A DNA stretch of 64,000 nt from Acidobacteriota bacterium (GTDB lineage: Bacteria > Acidobacteriota > UBA4820 > DSQY01): contig JBMFSH010000001.1 of the NCBI GenBank assembly GCA_049967655.1, positions 117,836 through 181,835 on the forward strand, read 5' to 3'. Of the stretch, positions 10,293 to 22,739 are shown piece after piece. The translations under genes and the position numbers were made by a program. The notes beneath the pieces are model-generated. The model ran no database searches, had not been told where the DNA came from, and worked only from the letters and a program-made list of their open reading frames with translations. The stretch's first letter is position 1; each line of letters opens with the position of its first letter.

Positions 10293-11303
10293 ATGCACCT
10301 GGAGCGAATTGAGCAGATCCGGCGAGACTTTTCCCGCGACATCGAGGAGGCCTCCACCGAATCGGCCCTGTTGGAAGTGAAGGGGCGGTATGTCGGCAAG
10401 AAGAGGGGCGTCCTGCAGGAGCTAATGGCCGCGCTCAAGACGCTACCGCCCGAAGAGCGGCGCGCATTCGGCCAGAGCGTGAACGCCCTGAAGGAGGAGA
10501 TGGAGGCCGGGGTGGAGGCGGCGCTGGGGCGCATCCGCGCGGCCAGGAACGCCCCGCCTCCGGTGGACGTGACCCTGCCCGGCATCCGGCCCGAGCTTGG
10601 CACCATCCATCCCATCTCCCGCGTCCGGAGGGAGATCGAGGAGATCTTCCTCTCCATGGGGTACGCGGTGGCCTCGGGACCAGAGGTGGAGGACGCCTAC
10701 CACAACTTCGAGGCCCTCAACACGCCGGCCGATCACCCCTCGCGCGACATCCAGGATACCTTCTACCTGGAGGGGGACCTCCTGCTGAGGACCCAGACCT
10801 CCCCCGTCCAGATCCGCACCATGGAGGCGCGCAAGCCCCCCATCAAGATCATCGCCCCCGGGAGGGTCTTCCGGCGTGACGACGACGTGAGCCACTCCCC
10901 CATGTTCTTCCAGGTGGAGGGGCTGGTCGTGGACGAGGGGATCACCATGGCCCATCTCAAGGGGACCCTCGCCCACTTCTACGCCAAGCTCTTCCAGAAG
11001 GAGGTGGCGGTGCGCTTCCGCCCCTCCTACTTCCCCTTCACCGAGCCGTCGGCCGAGACGGACCTCTCCTGCGTGCTCTGCGACGGCGCGGGGTGCCCGG
11101 TCTGCAAGCGCACCGGGTGGCTGGAGGTGGGCGGCTGCGGCATGGTGGACCCGGCGGTATTCGGCTTCGTGGGCATCGATCCGGAGCGCTACACGGGCTT
11201 CGCCTTCGGGCTCGGCATCGACCGCATGGCCATGCTCAAGTACGGCATCGACCACATCCGGCACTTCTGTGAGAATGACCTGCGATTCCTGGAGCAGTTC
11301 TGA
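10293..11303 (+). CDS. pheS: Phenylalanine-tRNA ligase alpha subunit
   Basis: HPSRDIQDTF, LRTQTSPVQ, RFRPSYFPFTEPS, GFAFGLGIDR. Confidence 0.98.
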   Translation: MHLERIEQIRRDFSRDIEEASTESALLEVKGRYVGKKRGVLQELMAALKTLPPEERRAFGQSVNALKEEMEAGVEAALGRIRAARNAPPPVDVTLPGIRPELGTIHPISRVRREIEEIFLSMGYAVASGPEVEDAYHNFEALNTPADHPSRDIQDTFYLEGDLLLRTQTSPVQIRTMEARKPPIKIIAPGRVFRRDDDVSHSPMFFQVEGLVVDEGITMAHLKGTLAHFYAKLFQKEVAVRFRPSYFPFTEPSAETDLSCVLCDGAGCPVCKRTGWLEVGGCGMVDPAVFGFVGIDPERYTGFAFGLGIDRMAMLKYGIDHIRHFCENDLRFLEQF

Positions 11304-11310
11304 GGCCGCC

Positions 11311-13350
11311 ATGAAATTTCCCATGGGATGGATCGCGCAATACGTGGAGCTACCGGCGGACGAGGAGGCGGTGGCCCGCGCCTTCACCCTCTCGGGGAGC
11401 GAGGTGGAGGGCAGGGAGCGAGTCGAGGACGAGACGGTCTTCGACTTCAACATCACGGTCAACCGCCCGGACTGCATGAGCGTCTACGGGTTGGCCAGGG
11501 AGGCGTCGGTGCTTCTGGGCAAGCCCCTGCGGTCGCCGGAGACCGACTGTGAAGAGGCGGGTCCGGCCGTGGCCGACCTCACCGGCGTGACCGTGGAGGC
11601 CCCCGACCTCTGCCCAAGGTACAGGGCGCGCGTCATCACCGGCCTCCGCGTGGGGCAGAGCCCCGCATGGATGCAGAAGCGCCTCATCCAGTGCGGGGTC
11701 CGGCCCATCAATGCCGTTGTGGACGTGACCAACTACGTCCTCCTGGAGATGGGCCATCCGCTGCACGCTTTCGATATGGCCAGGCTTGCCGAACGGCGCA
11801 TCGTGGTCAGGAGAGCCCGCGCCGGCGAGACGATCCTCACTCTGGATGGAGTGCAGCGAAAGCTCGACGCGGAGCGGCTCGTCATCGCCGACGCGGTCCG
11901 CCCGGTGGCGCTGGCTGGTGTCATGGGCGGCGAGGAGACGGGAGTCACGGAGGCCACCGCGGATCTACTGCTGGAGGGGGCCGTGTTCGATCCCGTCAGC
12001 ATCCGCCGCACGAGCAGGGCCTTCGGTATGCACACGGACGCCTCCCACCGCTTCGAGCGGGGAGTGGACCCCGAAGGCCCCTTAGCCGCCCTGGACCGGG
12101 CCGCCCGTCTCATCGTCAATCTCTGCGGCGGCCGCCTGGCCAAGGGCGCCGTGGATGTTTACCCGGCGCCGGCCGGTCCGCGAGCGGTGACCCTCCGACA
12201 CGCCCGCTTGGAGGCCCTTCTCGGCATGCGGGTGCGGCCGGAACGGTGTGCATCCATCCTGCGCTCCCTGGGCTTCGGCCTGGAAGAGAGCGCCGCCCGG
12301 GTCTGGACGGTGACGGTGCCCTCGTTCCGCGTGGATGTCTCCAGGGAGGCGGACCTCATCGAGGAGGTGGTTCGGATCCACGGCCTCGAGGACCTGCCCT
12401 CCGAACTGCCCTCGGGCGTGGACCCAGTGGGGGGAAGGCCGCCGGAGCAGGCCCTGGAGGAGCGCCTTCGCGACCTGCTCTGGGCTTCGGGGTGCAGCGA
12501 GACCATCCACATGAGCATGACCGACCCGGCCCTGGAGGCAGCCTTTGGCGAGGGCCGGGAACCCGTCCTCCTCAGCAACCCGCTCACCCCGGCTTTCTCG
12601 GTGCTGCGAACCTCCCTGCTCGGCCCCATGGCCGCTTCCCTGGCCAGAAACCGCGCCAGGGGAGCCAGGCGCGCGGCCCTGTTCGAGCTGGGAAAGGTTT
12701 ATCCCAGGGGGGACAACGGAACCCCGCTGGAATCGTCCAGGCTGGCGATCCTTCTGTACGCCGATGCGCCGCCCGCCCGCTGGGGAACCCCTCGGCCACC
12801 GGGCCTTCTGGAACTGAAGGGCAAGGTGGAGGCAATCCTCGAACGCCTGCGCATCTGCGCCTCGTTCGAACCCTCCGAAGGCCGCCCCTTCGCCGCCGGC
12901 TCGTGCGTGGCGGTGCAGGCGGGCCCCGTGAGACTCGGTCGCCTCGGCGCCTTGGACCCCAAGGCCCTGGAAGCGGCCGGACTGAAGAGCGGAGCGGCCT
13001 ACGGGGCGGAGCTCGATCTGGGTGCGCTCTCCGCCCTGGAGAGCCAACCGAGGTTTGCGCCACTCTCCCGCTTCCCTTCGGTGGTTCGCGATTTTTCGGT
13101 GATGGTGGACAAGCGGGTCCCTTGGGGGGACTTGCTGAAGGCCTTGCAGAGCCTTGCTCTGGCCGATCTGAGGTCCGTGGAGCTCGTGGACTGCTACGAG
13201 GGAAGGGGGGTTCCCGAGGGACAGCGCTCGGTGACTTTCTCGTTGACGTTTCAGGCTGCCGACCGGACACTGACCGAAGCGGACGTGGCTCCCGTGGCCA
13301 ATGCCTTGATGGCGGTCCTGGGTCCGCGTTTCGGCGCCACCCTACGCTAG
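11311..13350 (+). CDS. pheT: Phenylalanine-tRNA ligase beta subunit (short form, no B2 OB-fold)
   Basis: NRPDC, VDVTNYV, HPLHAFD, RFERGVD, FDX-ACB C-terminus; 679 aa. Confidence 0.96.
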   Translation: MKFPMGWIAQYVELPADEEAVARAFTLSGSEVEGRERVEDETVFDFNITVNRPDCMSVYGLAREASVLLGKPLRSPETDCEEAGPAVADLTGVTVEAPDLCPRYRARVITGLRVGQSPAWMQKRLIQCGVRPINAVVDVTNYVLLEMGHPLHAFDMARLAERRIVVRRARAGETILTLDGVQRKLDAERLVIADAVRPVALAGVMGGEETGVTEATADLLLEGAVFDPVSIRRTSRAFGMHTDASHRFERGVDPEGPLAALDRAARLIVNLCGGRLAKGAVDVYPAPAGPRAVTLRHARLEALLGMRVRPERCASILRSLGFGLEESAARVWTVTVPSFRVDVSREADLIEEVVRIHGLEDLPSELPSGVDPVGGRPPEQALEERLRDLLWASGCSETIHMSMTDPALEAAFGEGREPVLLSNPLTPAFSVLRTSLLGPMAASLARNRARGARRAALFELGKVYPRGDNGTPLESSRLAILLYADAPPARWGTPRPPGLLELKGKVEAILERLRICASFEPSEGRPFAAGSCVAVQAGPVRLGRLGALDPKALEAAGLKSGAAYGAELDLGALSALESQPRFAPLSRFPSVVRDFSVMVDKRVPWGDLLKALQSLALADLRSVELVDCYEGRGVPEGQRSVTFSLTFQAADRTLTEADVAPVANALMAVLGPRFGATLR

Positions 13351-13359
13351 GAGAGTCAG

Positions 13360-13611
13360 ATGCTTTTCGATGGTGAAGGAAAAAGCGTCCAGAAGGAATT
13401 GTTTGAGAAACTCAAGGAGCGCGCTCGAGAGGTGTCGAGCGCACTCAAGGAGCTCAGGAAGGAGAACGAGCGGCTGAAGGCCGAGGCTGCCTCCGCTCGC
13501 GCCGATGCAGACCGGCTCAAGGATCAGGTTGCCTTCTATGAAGGAGAGCGACAGGAGCTCAAGGCGGTGGTCGAGGAGCTTCTGAAGGAGTTCGAACAGG
13601 TCGCGCAATGA
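13360..13611 (+). CDS. ZapB-like coiled-coil cell division protein
   Basis: 83-aa coiled coil between pheT and zapA. Confidence 0.65.
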   Translation: MLFDGEGKSVQKELFEKLKERAREVSSALKELRKENERLKAEAASARADADRLKDQVAFYEGERQELKAVVEELLKEFEQVAQ

Positions 13612-13901
13612 GCCAGAATGGGGATCACCTTGTGGAGTTGGACATCCTGGGCCAGACCTACCAGGTCCGGGTGCACGGCTCCCAGGAGTGGGCGCAGAAG
13701 GTTGGCGGCTTAGTGGACGAGACCATGCGGCAAATCCAGCGAGAAACGCGGCTCCAGGAAACCACCAAGGTGGCCATCCTCGCCGCCTTGAACCTGGCGG
13801 ATCGTCTGATCACCCTCCAAGAGAATCAAGAGGTCGCGGCGGCCGAACTGCAATCGGTTTCGCAGCAGGTCGCCCAAGCCCTTGAGGAGGCTTTGCGCTG
13901 A
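13608..13901 (+). CDS. zapA: Cell division protein ZapA
   Basis: ILGQTYQV, VDETMRQI, KVAILAALNLAD. Confidence 0.9.
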   Translation: MSQNGDHLVELDILGQTYQVRVHGSQEWAQKVGGLVDETMRQIQRETRLQETTKVAILAALNLADRLITLQENQEVAAAELQSVSQQVAQALEEALR

Positions 13902-13947
13902 ACCGACCGTCCTGATCCCCCCTTGGCCCTAAGAGGGGAGGCGTACC

Positions 13948-15507
13948 TTGATCATAATAACCATTGTGGTGGCCCTTCTGGCACTGCTGCTGGGCGCCGG
14001 CATCGTGGCCGGCGTGTGGCGGATACAGCACCGGAACGAGGTCCGCCAGGCCAGCTCCGAGGCGGATCTCATCCGCGACCGCGCCCAGAGGGAGGCGCAG
14101 CAGCTCCTCCAGGACGCGGAGGTGAAGGCCAAGGAGCGCTTGCTTGCCCGTGAACAGGCGCTCGAGAAGGAGTGGAAGAACAAGCGGAAAGAGCTCTCCA
14201 AGCTGGAGTCCGACCTGGCCGCGCGGGACCAGCAGCTCGAGAGGGGCCAGGCCCAGCTCAAGGAGCAACAGAACGAGTTCGCGGCGCGCGAAAAGAAGCT
14301 GGCCCAGCGCGAGGAGATCGTCGACAAGGAGAAGCGGGAGGCCGAAACCCTCCTGAAGTCCCAACGGAGCAAGCTCGAGGAGATAGCCGGCCTCTCCACC
14401 GCCGACGCCAAGGCCGAGCTCCTACGGCAGCTCGAATACGACGCCCGCAAGGAGGCGACCCGCCTCATCAAGAAGGTCGAGGAGAACGCCCGTGACAGGG
14501 CGAAGAACCTCGCCCGCATCATCACGACCCAGGCGGTCGAGAAGGTCGTCCCTTTCCTCCCCCTGGAGGGAGCCGTTGCCGTGGTGCGCCTCCCCAACGA
14601 GGAGATGAAGGGCCGGATCATCGGCCGGGAGGGCCGCAACATCCGTGCCTTCGAACGGGTCACGGGGGTGGACGTGATCGTGGACGACACGCCCGAGATC
14701 ATCATGCTGGCCAGCCACAACCCCCTCAGGCGCGAGGTGGCCCGCGTCACGCTCGAGCAGCTGGTGGAGGACGGCCGCATCCATCCAGCCCGCATCGAGG
14801 AGTTCCACGAAAAGGCCCGGGAGCAGGTGGACGAGGTCATCATGCAGCAGGGTCGAGACACCCTCTTCCACCTGGGCATCCCCGACATGCACGAGCGGCT
14901 GATCCACCTCGTGGGACGCATGCGCTTCCGGATGATGCACGGGCAGAACCTGCTCGAGCACAGCATCGAGACGGCCAAGATCGCCCTGTTCATGGCCCAG
15001 GCCCTGGACGCCAACGGAGACATCGTCAAGCGGGCCGGAATCCTCCACGAGATCGGCCACATCGAGGAAAACATGGGCGATGTGCACCCGGCGCTGGCGG
15101 CCTCTCATTTGGCGAAGCGTTTCGGCGAGTCGCCGGCGGTTGCGGCCTGCATCGCCCACCTCCACGCGGACCATCCGTCCACCCTGCCCGAGGCCCACCT
15201 GCTGGAGACGGCTGAGAACCTCGCGCTTTCAGCCCCGGGGGTGCACAAGCACGGGCTGGAGAAGTACATCGAGCACATGGACTCCCTGGAACAGCTCATC
15301 ATGGGCTTCAAGGGGGTCAAGAGGGTCTACGCCATGAAGGCGGGCCGGGAACTGCTGATCCTGGTGGATTCGGCCAGTGTGGACGACGAATACACCATCT
15401 GGCTGGCCAAGGACATCGCGGAGCGCATCGAGCGCGAGGTCAAATTCACGGGCCAGGTCAAGGTGCAGGTGGTGCGGGAGACCCGTTTCGTCGGGTACGC
15501 CACGTGA
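13948..15507 (+). CDS. rny: Ribonuclease Y homologue with degenerate HD site
   Basis: N-terminal TM, coiled coil, KH motif KGRIIGREGRNIR, C-terminal RETR; catalytic motif reads LHEIGH. Confidence 0.88.
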   Translation: MIIITIVVALLALLLGAGIVAGVWRIQHRNEVRQASSEADLIRDRAQREAQQLLQDAEVKAKERLLAREQALEKEWKNKRKELSKLESDLAARDQQLERGQAQLKEQQNEFAAREKKLAQREEIVDKEKREAETLLKSQRSKLEEIAGLSTADAKAELLRQLEYDARKEATRLIKKVEENARDRAKNLARIITTQAVEKVVPFLPLEGAVAVVRLPNEEMKGRIIGREGRNIRAFERVTGVDVIVDDTPEIIMLASHNPLRREVARVTLEQLVEDGRIHPARIEEFHEKAREQVDEVIMQQGRDTLFHLGIPDMHERLIHLVGRMRFRMMHGQNLLEHSIETAKIALFMAQALDANGDIVKRAGILHEIGHIEENMGDVHPALAASHLAKRFGESPAVAACIAHLHADHPSTLPEAHLLETAENLALSAPGVHKHGLEKYIEHMDSLEQLIMGFKGVKRVYAMKAGRELLILVDSASVDDEYTIWLAKDIAERIEREVKFTGQVKVQVVRETRFVGYAT

Positions 15508-16292
15508 GGGTCCTCTTCATCGGCGACATCGTGGGGAAGCCGGGCCGGAGCGCCGTGAAGGAGGCTCTGCCCGGTCTGCGGGAGCGGCTCGCCCCCGATC
15601 TGGTGGTGGCCAACGCCGAGAACGCCGCCGGGGGCTTCGGCCTGACCCGCAAGGTCCTCGATGAGCTCTTCGGTTACGGATTGGACCTCCTGACCACCGG
15701 CAACCACATCTGGGACAAGAAGGAGATCCTCGCCTTCGTGGGCACGGAGGAGCGCCTCCTCCGGCCCGCCAACTACCCTCCAAAGGTTCCTGGGCGTGGT
15801 ATCCAGCGCCTCGCCCTGCCCGATGGAAGGGCTCTCTGGGTGCTGAACCTCCAGGGCAAGATCCTCATGGCGCCGGTGGACTGCCCCTTCCGAAAGGCCG
15901 ACGAACTCCTCGCGGCGCTGCCTGCGGCGGAGCGCTGCATCCTGGTGGACATGCACGCCGAAGCCACGAGCGAGAAGCGGGCCATGGGCTTTTATCTCGA
16001 CGGCCGGGTGAGCCTGGTGATCGGGACCCACACCCACGTGCCCACCGCCGACGAAGAGATCCTCCCGAAGGGGACGGGCTACCTCACGGACGCCGGCATG
16101 ACGGGGCCCTACGGCTCCGTCATCGGCATGGAGGTCTCGGACTCGCTGGAGCGAATCCTCACCGGCATGCCGAGGATCCTCAACGTGGCCAAGGCGCAAC
16201 TCCGCCTGGCCGGCCTTTTCGCCGAACTCGACGACGAGAGCGGCCGCTGCCTGTCCGTGGAGAGGATCCTCCTTTCTCTGCCTCCCGCGTGA
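15504..16292 (+). CDS. ymdB: YmdB/TIGR00282 metallophosphoesterase
   Basis: GDIVG, NAENAAGG, TGNH, DMHAEATSEK, GTHTHV, TDAGMTGP. Confidence 0.95.
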   Translation: MRVLFIGDIVGKPGRSAVKEALPGLRERLAPDLVVANAENAAGGFGLTRKVLDELFGYGLDLLTTGNHIWDKKEILAFVGTEERLLRPANYPPKVPGRGIQRLALPDGRALWVLNLQGKILMAPVDCPFRKADELLAALPAAERCILVDMHAEATSEKRAMGFYLDGRVSLVIGTHTHVPTADEEILPKGTGYLTDAGMTGPYGSVIGMEVSDSLERILTGMPRILNVAKAQLRLAGLFAELDDESGRCLSVERILLSLPPA

Positions 16293-16473
16293 GGGCGGGA
16301 AAGAAAATCACCTTTCCTTCCGTTTCTTGCTCCTCTCCAGGAGCCGCGCTGGGCCCTAGATCCCATCGCTCTTGGTCGAAGGCGGGTAGCGGCCCCGGTT
16401 TTCGCCATTTGCGCCTTGCCTCTTCTTGCCGGTGCCAGGCGGGGATGCTAGATTGCCACTGAGGGATGCGGCC

Positions 16474-17700
16474 ATGGCTGAGAAGATCCAGTTCGAGACG
16501 GCGCGGCGGACGCCCGATGCGGACGTGAAGCAGGTCCGCAACGCGGCGGAGGACAAGGGGGTCATCCAGGAGGTGGACTCGGTGCTGGCGGCCGCCGTGG
16601 ACGGCAACGCCACCGACATTCACTTCGAGCCGCAACAGGAGGGACTGACCGTCCGGACGAGGGTGGGCGGCCTCATGAGTACGGTCAAGGAGATGCCCGA
16701 GCGCACCAAGAGCAACGTCATCAACCGCCTCAAGGTCCTCTCGGGAATGGACATCACCAAGACCAAGATTCCCCAATCCGGATTCTTCCGGATGACGGCG
16801 GGCGAACGGAAGGTGGAGCTCTACGTCTACGTCCTGCCGACCCTTTACGGCGAATCCCTCGTGGTGAAGATCCAGTACAAGCAGAGCGCCACCATGAAGC
16901 TGGAGCAGCTCGGCATGAGCCCCGCGGTTCTTACGAGCTACCGTAGGGCCTTGGCCCGGAATTCTGGGCTCTACCTGGTCACGGGCCCTCCGGCATCGGG
17001 CAAGCGCACCACCCTCTACGCCTCCATTCTGGAGGTCATGAAGCCCGACCTTCTGGCCATGGGCTTCGATCCCATCGTGAAATACGAGATACCGGGCATG
17101 ATCCAGGGCAAGCCGGACGATCGCAGCGAATTCACCTTCGCCGAGGCCATCGACGCCCTCATGAAACAGGAGCCCGATCTGGCCTACATCGGCGACATCC
17201 TGAACCTGGACGAGGCTCGGGCCACCATCCAGGGCGCCTTCGCCAAGCGGCGGGTCTTTGCCCGAATGACCGCCAACGACGCCATCAACGCCCTCCAGAA
17301 CCTCATCGACATGGGGATCCAGCCCTTCCTCGTGGCGGCCTCCGTGGCCGCCATCCTGAACCAGCGGCTGATCCGCAGGCTCTGCCCGTCGTGCAAGGAG
17401 GCGTACCCGGTGGACGAGGCCCTCAAGAAGGAGCTGGGCTTCCGCTTTCCGGAGAACGCCCGCTTCTACAAGCCCAAGGGCTGTCCCCAATGCGAGTTTC
17501 GGGGCTTCAACGGGCAGGTGGCTATCTTCGAGCTCTACCTGCCGAGCGAGGAGCTCAACAAGCTGGTCGTGGCCAAGGAGCCCGTCCAGTCCCTGCGGCA
17601 GCGCGCCCAGAGGGAGGGCCAGAGCTCGCTGAAAATAGACGGCCTCCTGAAGGCACTCATTGGTCTGTGCACGCTCGAAGAGGTTCTGAACGCGCTGTGA
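16474..17700 (+). CDS. GspE/PilB-family secretion ATPase homologue, degenerate
   Basis: ATDIHFEP, QRLIRRLCPSC...GCPQC, IFEL; Walker, Asp-box and His-box motifs altered. Confidence 0.85.
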   Translation: MAEKIQFETARRTPDADVKQVRNAAEDKGVIQEVDSVLAAAVDGNATDIHFEPQQEGLTVRTRVGGLMSTVKEMPERTKSNVINRLKVLSGMDITKTKIPQSGFFRMTAGERKVELYVYVLPTLYGESLVVKIQYKQSATMKLEQLGMSPAVLTSYRRALARNSGLYLVTGPPASGKRTTLYASILEVMKPDLLAMGFDPIVKYEIPGMIQGKPDDRSEFTFAEAIDALMKQEPDLAYIGDILNLDEARATIQGAFAKRRVFARMTANDAINALQNLIDMGIQPFLVAASVAAILNQRLIRRLCPSCKEAYPVDEALKKELGFRFPENARFYKPKGCPQCEFRGFNGQVAIFELYLPSEELNKLVVAKEPVQSLRQRAQREGQSSLKIDGLLKALIGLCTLEEVLNAL

Positions 17701-17714
17701 GCCGGAAGGGGCCC

Positions 17715-18106
17715 ATGCAGGAGAAGATCGTTCTGCGCATGAAGGACGGGAGTATGCGGAAGTGCTCCACCTACTCCCACTTCTCGGCGGCTTTCACCAA
17801 GATGAAGGTGGTGACCACGGAGGGCAAGGTCGAGAGCGTCGACCTCAGCGATCTGAAGGCCATCTTCTTCGTGTACGAGTTCGAGGGGAACCCCGGCTAC
17901 AAGGCGGGCGAGGATTTCGAGGAGGCCTCCCCCAAGGCCGGAAGGATTGTCCGGGTCCGCTTCCAGGACGGGGAGGTGATCCGGGGCCGGGTTCTCAACC
18001 TGGCCGAGGGGCGGAGCGGATTTTTTCTCTACCCGGCGGATCCCCTGGATAACAACAGGAAGGTGTTTGTGGTGCGTTCCCCCGGCACCACGGTGGAGGT
18101 GGAGGG

Positions 18107-18110
<4 letters not shown>
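17715..18110 (+). CDS. Small beta-barrel protein (DUF6982-like)
   Basis: DLKAIFFV, VRFQDGEVIRG, GFFLYPADPLDNNRKVFV. Confidence 0.65.
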
Positions 18111-21187
<3,077 letters not shown>

Positions 21188-21243
21188 GGAGCCCGCGAAA
21201 CGGGTGTTTTGCGCCCGCCCGGGAAGGCGCGAGGGGAGGGAGG

Positions 21244-22563
21244 ATGGCTGTCGCCCAACAGGCCCCGGGGAAAGGTCCGCGCGTTCTTCTTATCAATCCC
21301 GTCTCCCAGCGTCTCGGGTGGGAACGCCGGTTCCAGATCCCTCCCATGGCCCTCCTCCAGGTGGCCGCCTGTACGCCCGATCCCTGGATGGTCTCCCTCT
21401 GGGACGAGACCCACGGCTCGGTCCGGGTGGAGGGGGGATGGGAGCTCGTGGGAATCACGGCCATGACCCACCAGGCCGACCGGGCGTACGAACTGGCGGG
21501 GCAGTTCCGCGCCGCGGGGGTTCCGGTGGTGCTGGGCGGGATCCATCCGACGGTCCTGCCTCAGGAGGCGGCCCTTCACGCCGATTCGGTGGTGGTGGGG
21601 GAGGCCGAGCCCGTCTGGGCCACCCTCCTCGACGACCTGAGCCGCGGCCGGTTGGCCCCGCTCTACGAATCTCCAGAGCCCCGGGGCGACGTGCTGGGAA
21701 TCCCCGGCCCGCGCCGGGATATCTTGGAGGGCCGGCCCTACCTGACGCGCCAGGTTCTTCAGGCCAGCCGAGGCTGCCCCTACGACTGCCCCTTCTGCAC
21801 CGTGACGCCGCACTTCGGCCGGCGCTTCCGGTATCGACCGGCGGAGGAGATCCTCGACGAGGTGCGGCGCCTCCCGGGAGAATTCCTGCTCTTCGTGGAC
21901 GACAACCTGCTGGGGGACCCCCGCCGCGCCATCCCCATCCTTGAAGGCCTCGTGCCCATGGGTAAACGATGGGTGACCCAAACCACCCTCCACTTTGCCG
22001 AAGATCCGGAGCTCCTCGCCCTCATGCGGCGTTCGGGCTGCATGGGGGTGTTTGCCGGGGTCGAGGGGCTGAGCGGCGGCCTCGCCGGCCTGCCCAAGCT
22101 CAGGGCCCGCCTGCCGATGGCCGAGCTCGTTCGCCGGAGCCAGGAAGCGGGGATTCTGGTGGAGGTCTCCATGATCTTCGGCTTGGATGACCAGGGACCG
22201 GAGGTGTTCGAGGAGGCGGTCGGGTTCGTGAAGAGGTGCGCCCCCAGCGGCGCTACCTTTCACATCCTCACCCCCTATCCGGGGACCCGGCTCTTCCGGC
22301 AGTTCGAGGAGGAGGGCCGCCTGCTGCACAAGGAGTGGCACCGCTACAACCACAGCCAAGTGGTCTTCCTTCCCCGAAGGATGAGCCCTGGTGAGCTCTA
22401 CGCCGGATGGGTCGGAGTCAGGAGGGCGGCGTACTCCTGGCCCTCGATCCTCTCCAGGGTGGCCAGGAACCCCCACCACCGCTTGGCCAACTTGGCCTAC
22501 AACGTGTTTCGGCGCGCCCCCAACGTCCGCTTGGATGGCGAGACTGCCTCCTTGGGGCCGTGA
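21244..22563 (+). CDS. B12-binding radical SAM protein
   Basis: VVLGGIHPT, VVGEAE, RGCPYDCPFC, TPYPGT; GGGAGG RBS. Confidence 0.9.
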   Translation: MAVAQQAPGKGPRVLLINPVSQRLGWERRFQIPPMALLQVAACTPDPWMVSLWDETHGSVRVEGGWELVGITAMTHQADRAYELAGQFRAAGVPVVLGGIHPTVLPQEAALHADSVVVGEAEPVWATLLDDLSRGRLAPLYESPEPRGDVLGIPGPRRDILEGRPYLTRQVLQASRGCPYDCPFCTVTPHFGRRFRYRPAEEILDEVRRLPGEFLLFVDDNLLGDPRRAIPILEGLVPMGKRWVTQTTLHFAEDPELLALMRRSGCMGVFAGVEGLSGGLAGLPKLRARLPMAELVRRSQEAGILVEVSMIFGLDDQGPEVFEEAVGFVKRCAPSGATFHILTPYPGTRLFRQFEEEGRLLHKEWHRYNHSQVVFLPRRMSPGELYAGWVGVRRAAYSWPSILSRVARNPHHRLANLAYNVFRRAPNVRLDGETASLGP

Positions 22564-22739
22564 GAAAACGGCTTCGCGAAGCCCTCGGATTCGAGGAGAC
22601 GGGCGATCCGCACCTGTGACAAGCGGGGGATGTCTTGTTAAAATGGACCCGTTCGGCGCGGAGCAGAAGGGGCACAAGGTCCGGGCCTCGAGGATGAGGA
22701 GGTCCGGGGAATGAATTTCCGTTGGAGAAGACGCCGCCC

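Noticed and set aside
13902..13947. 6S RNA expected downstream of zapA
   Set aside because: The gap is only 46 bp, too short for a ~180-nt RNA
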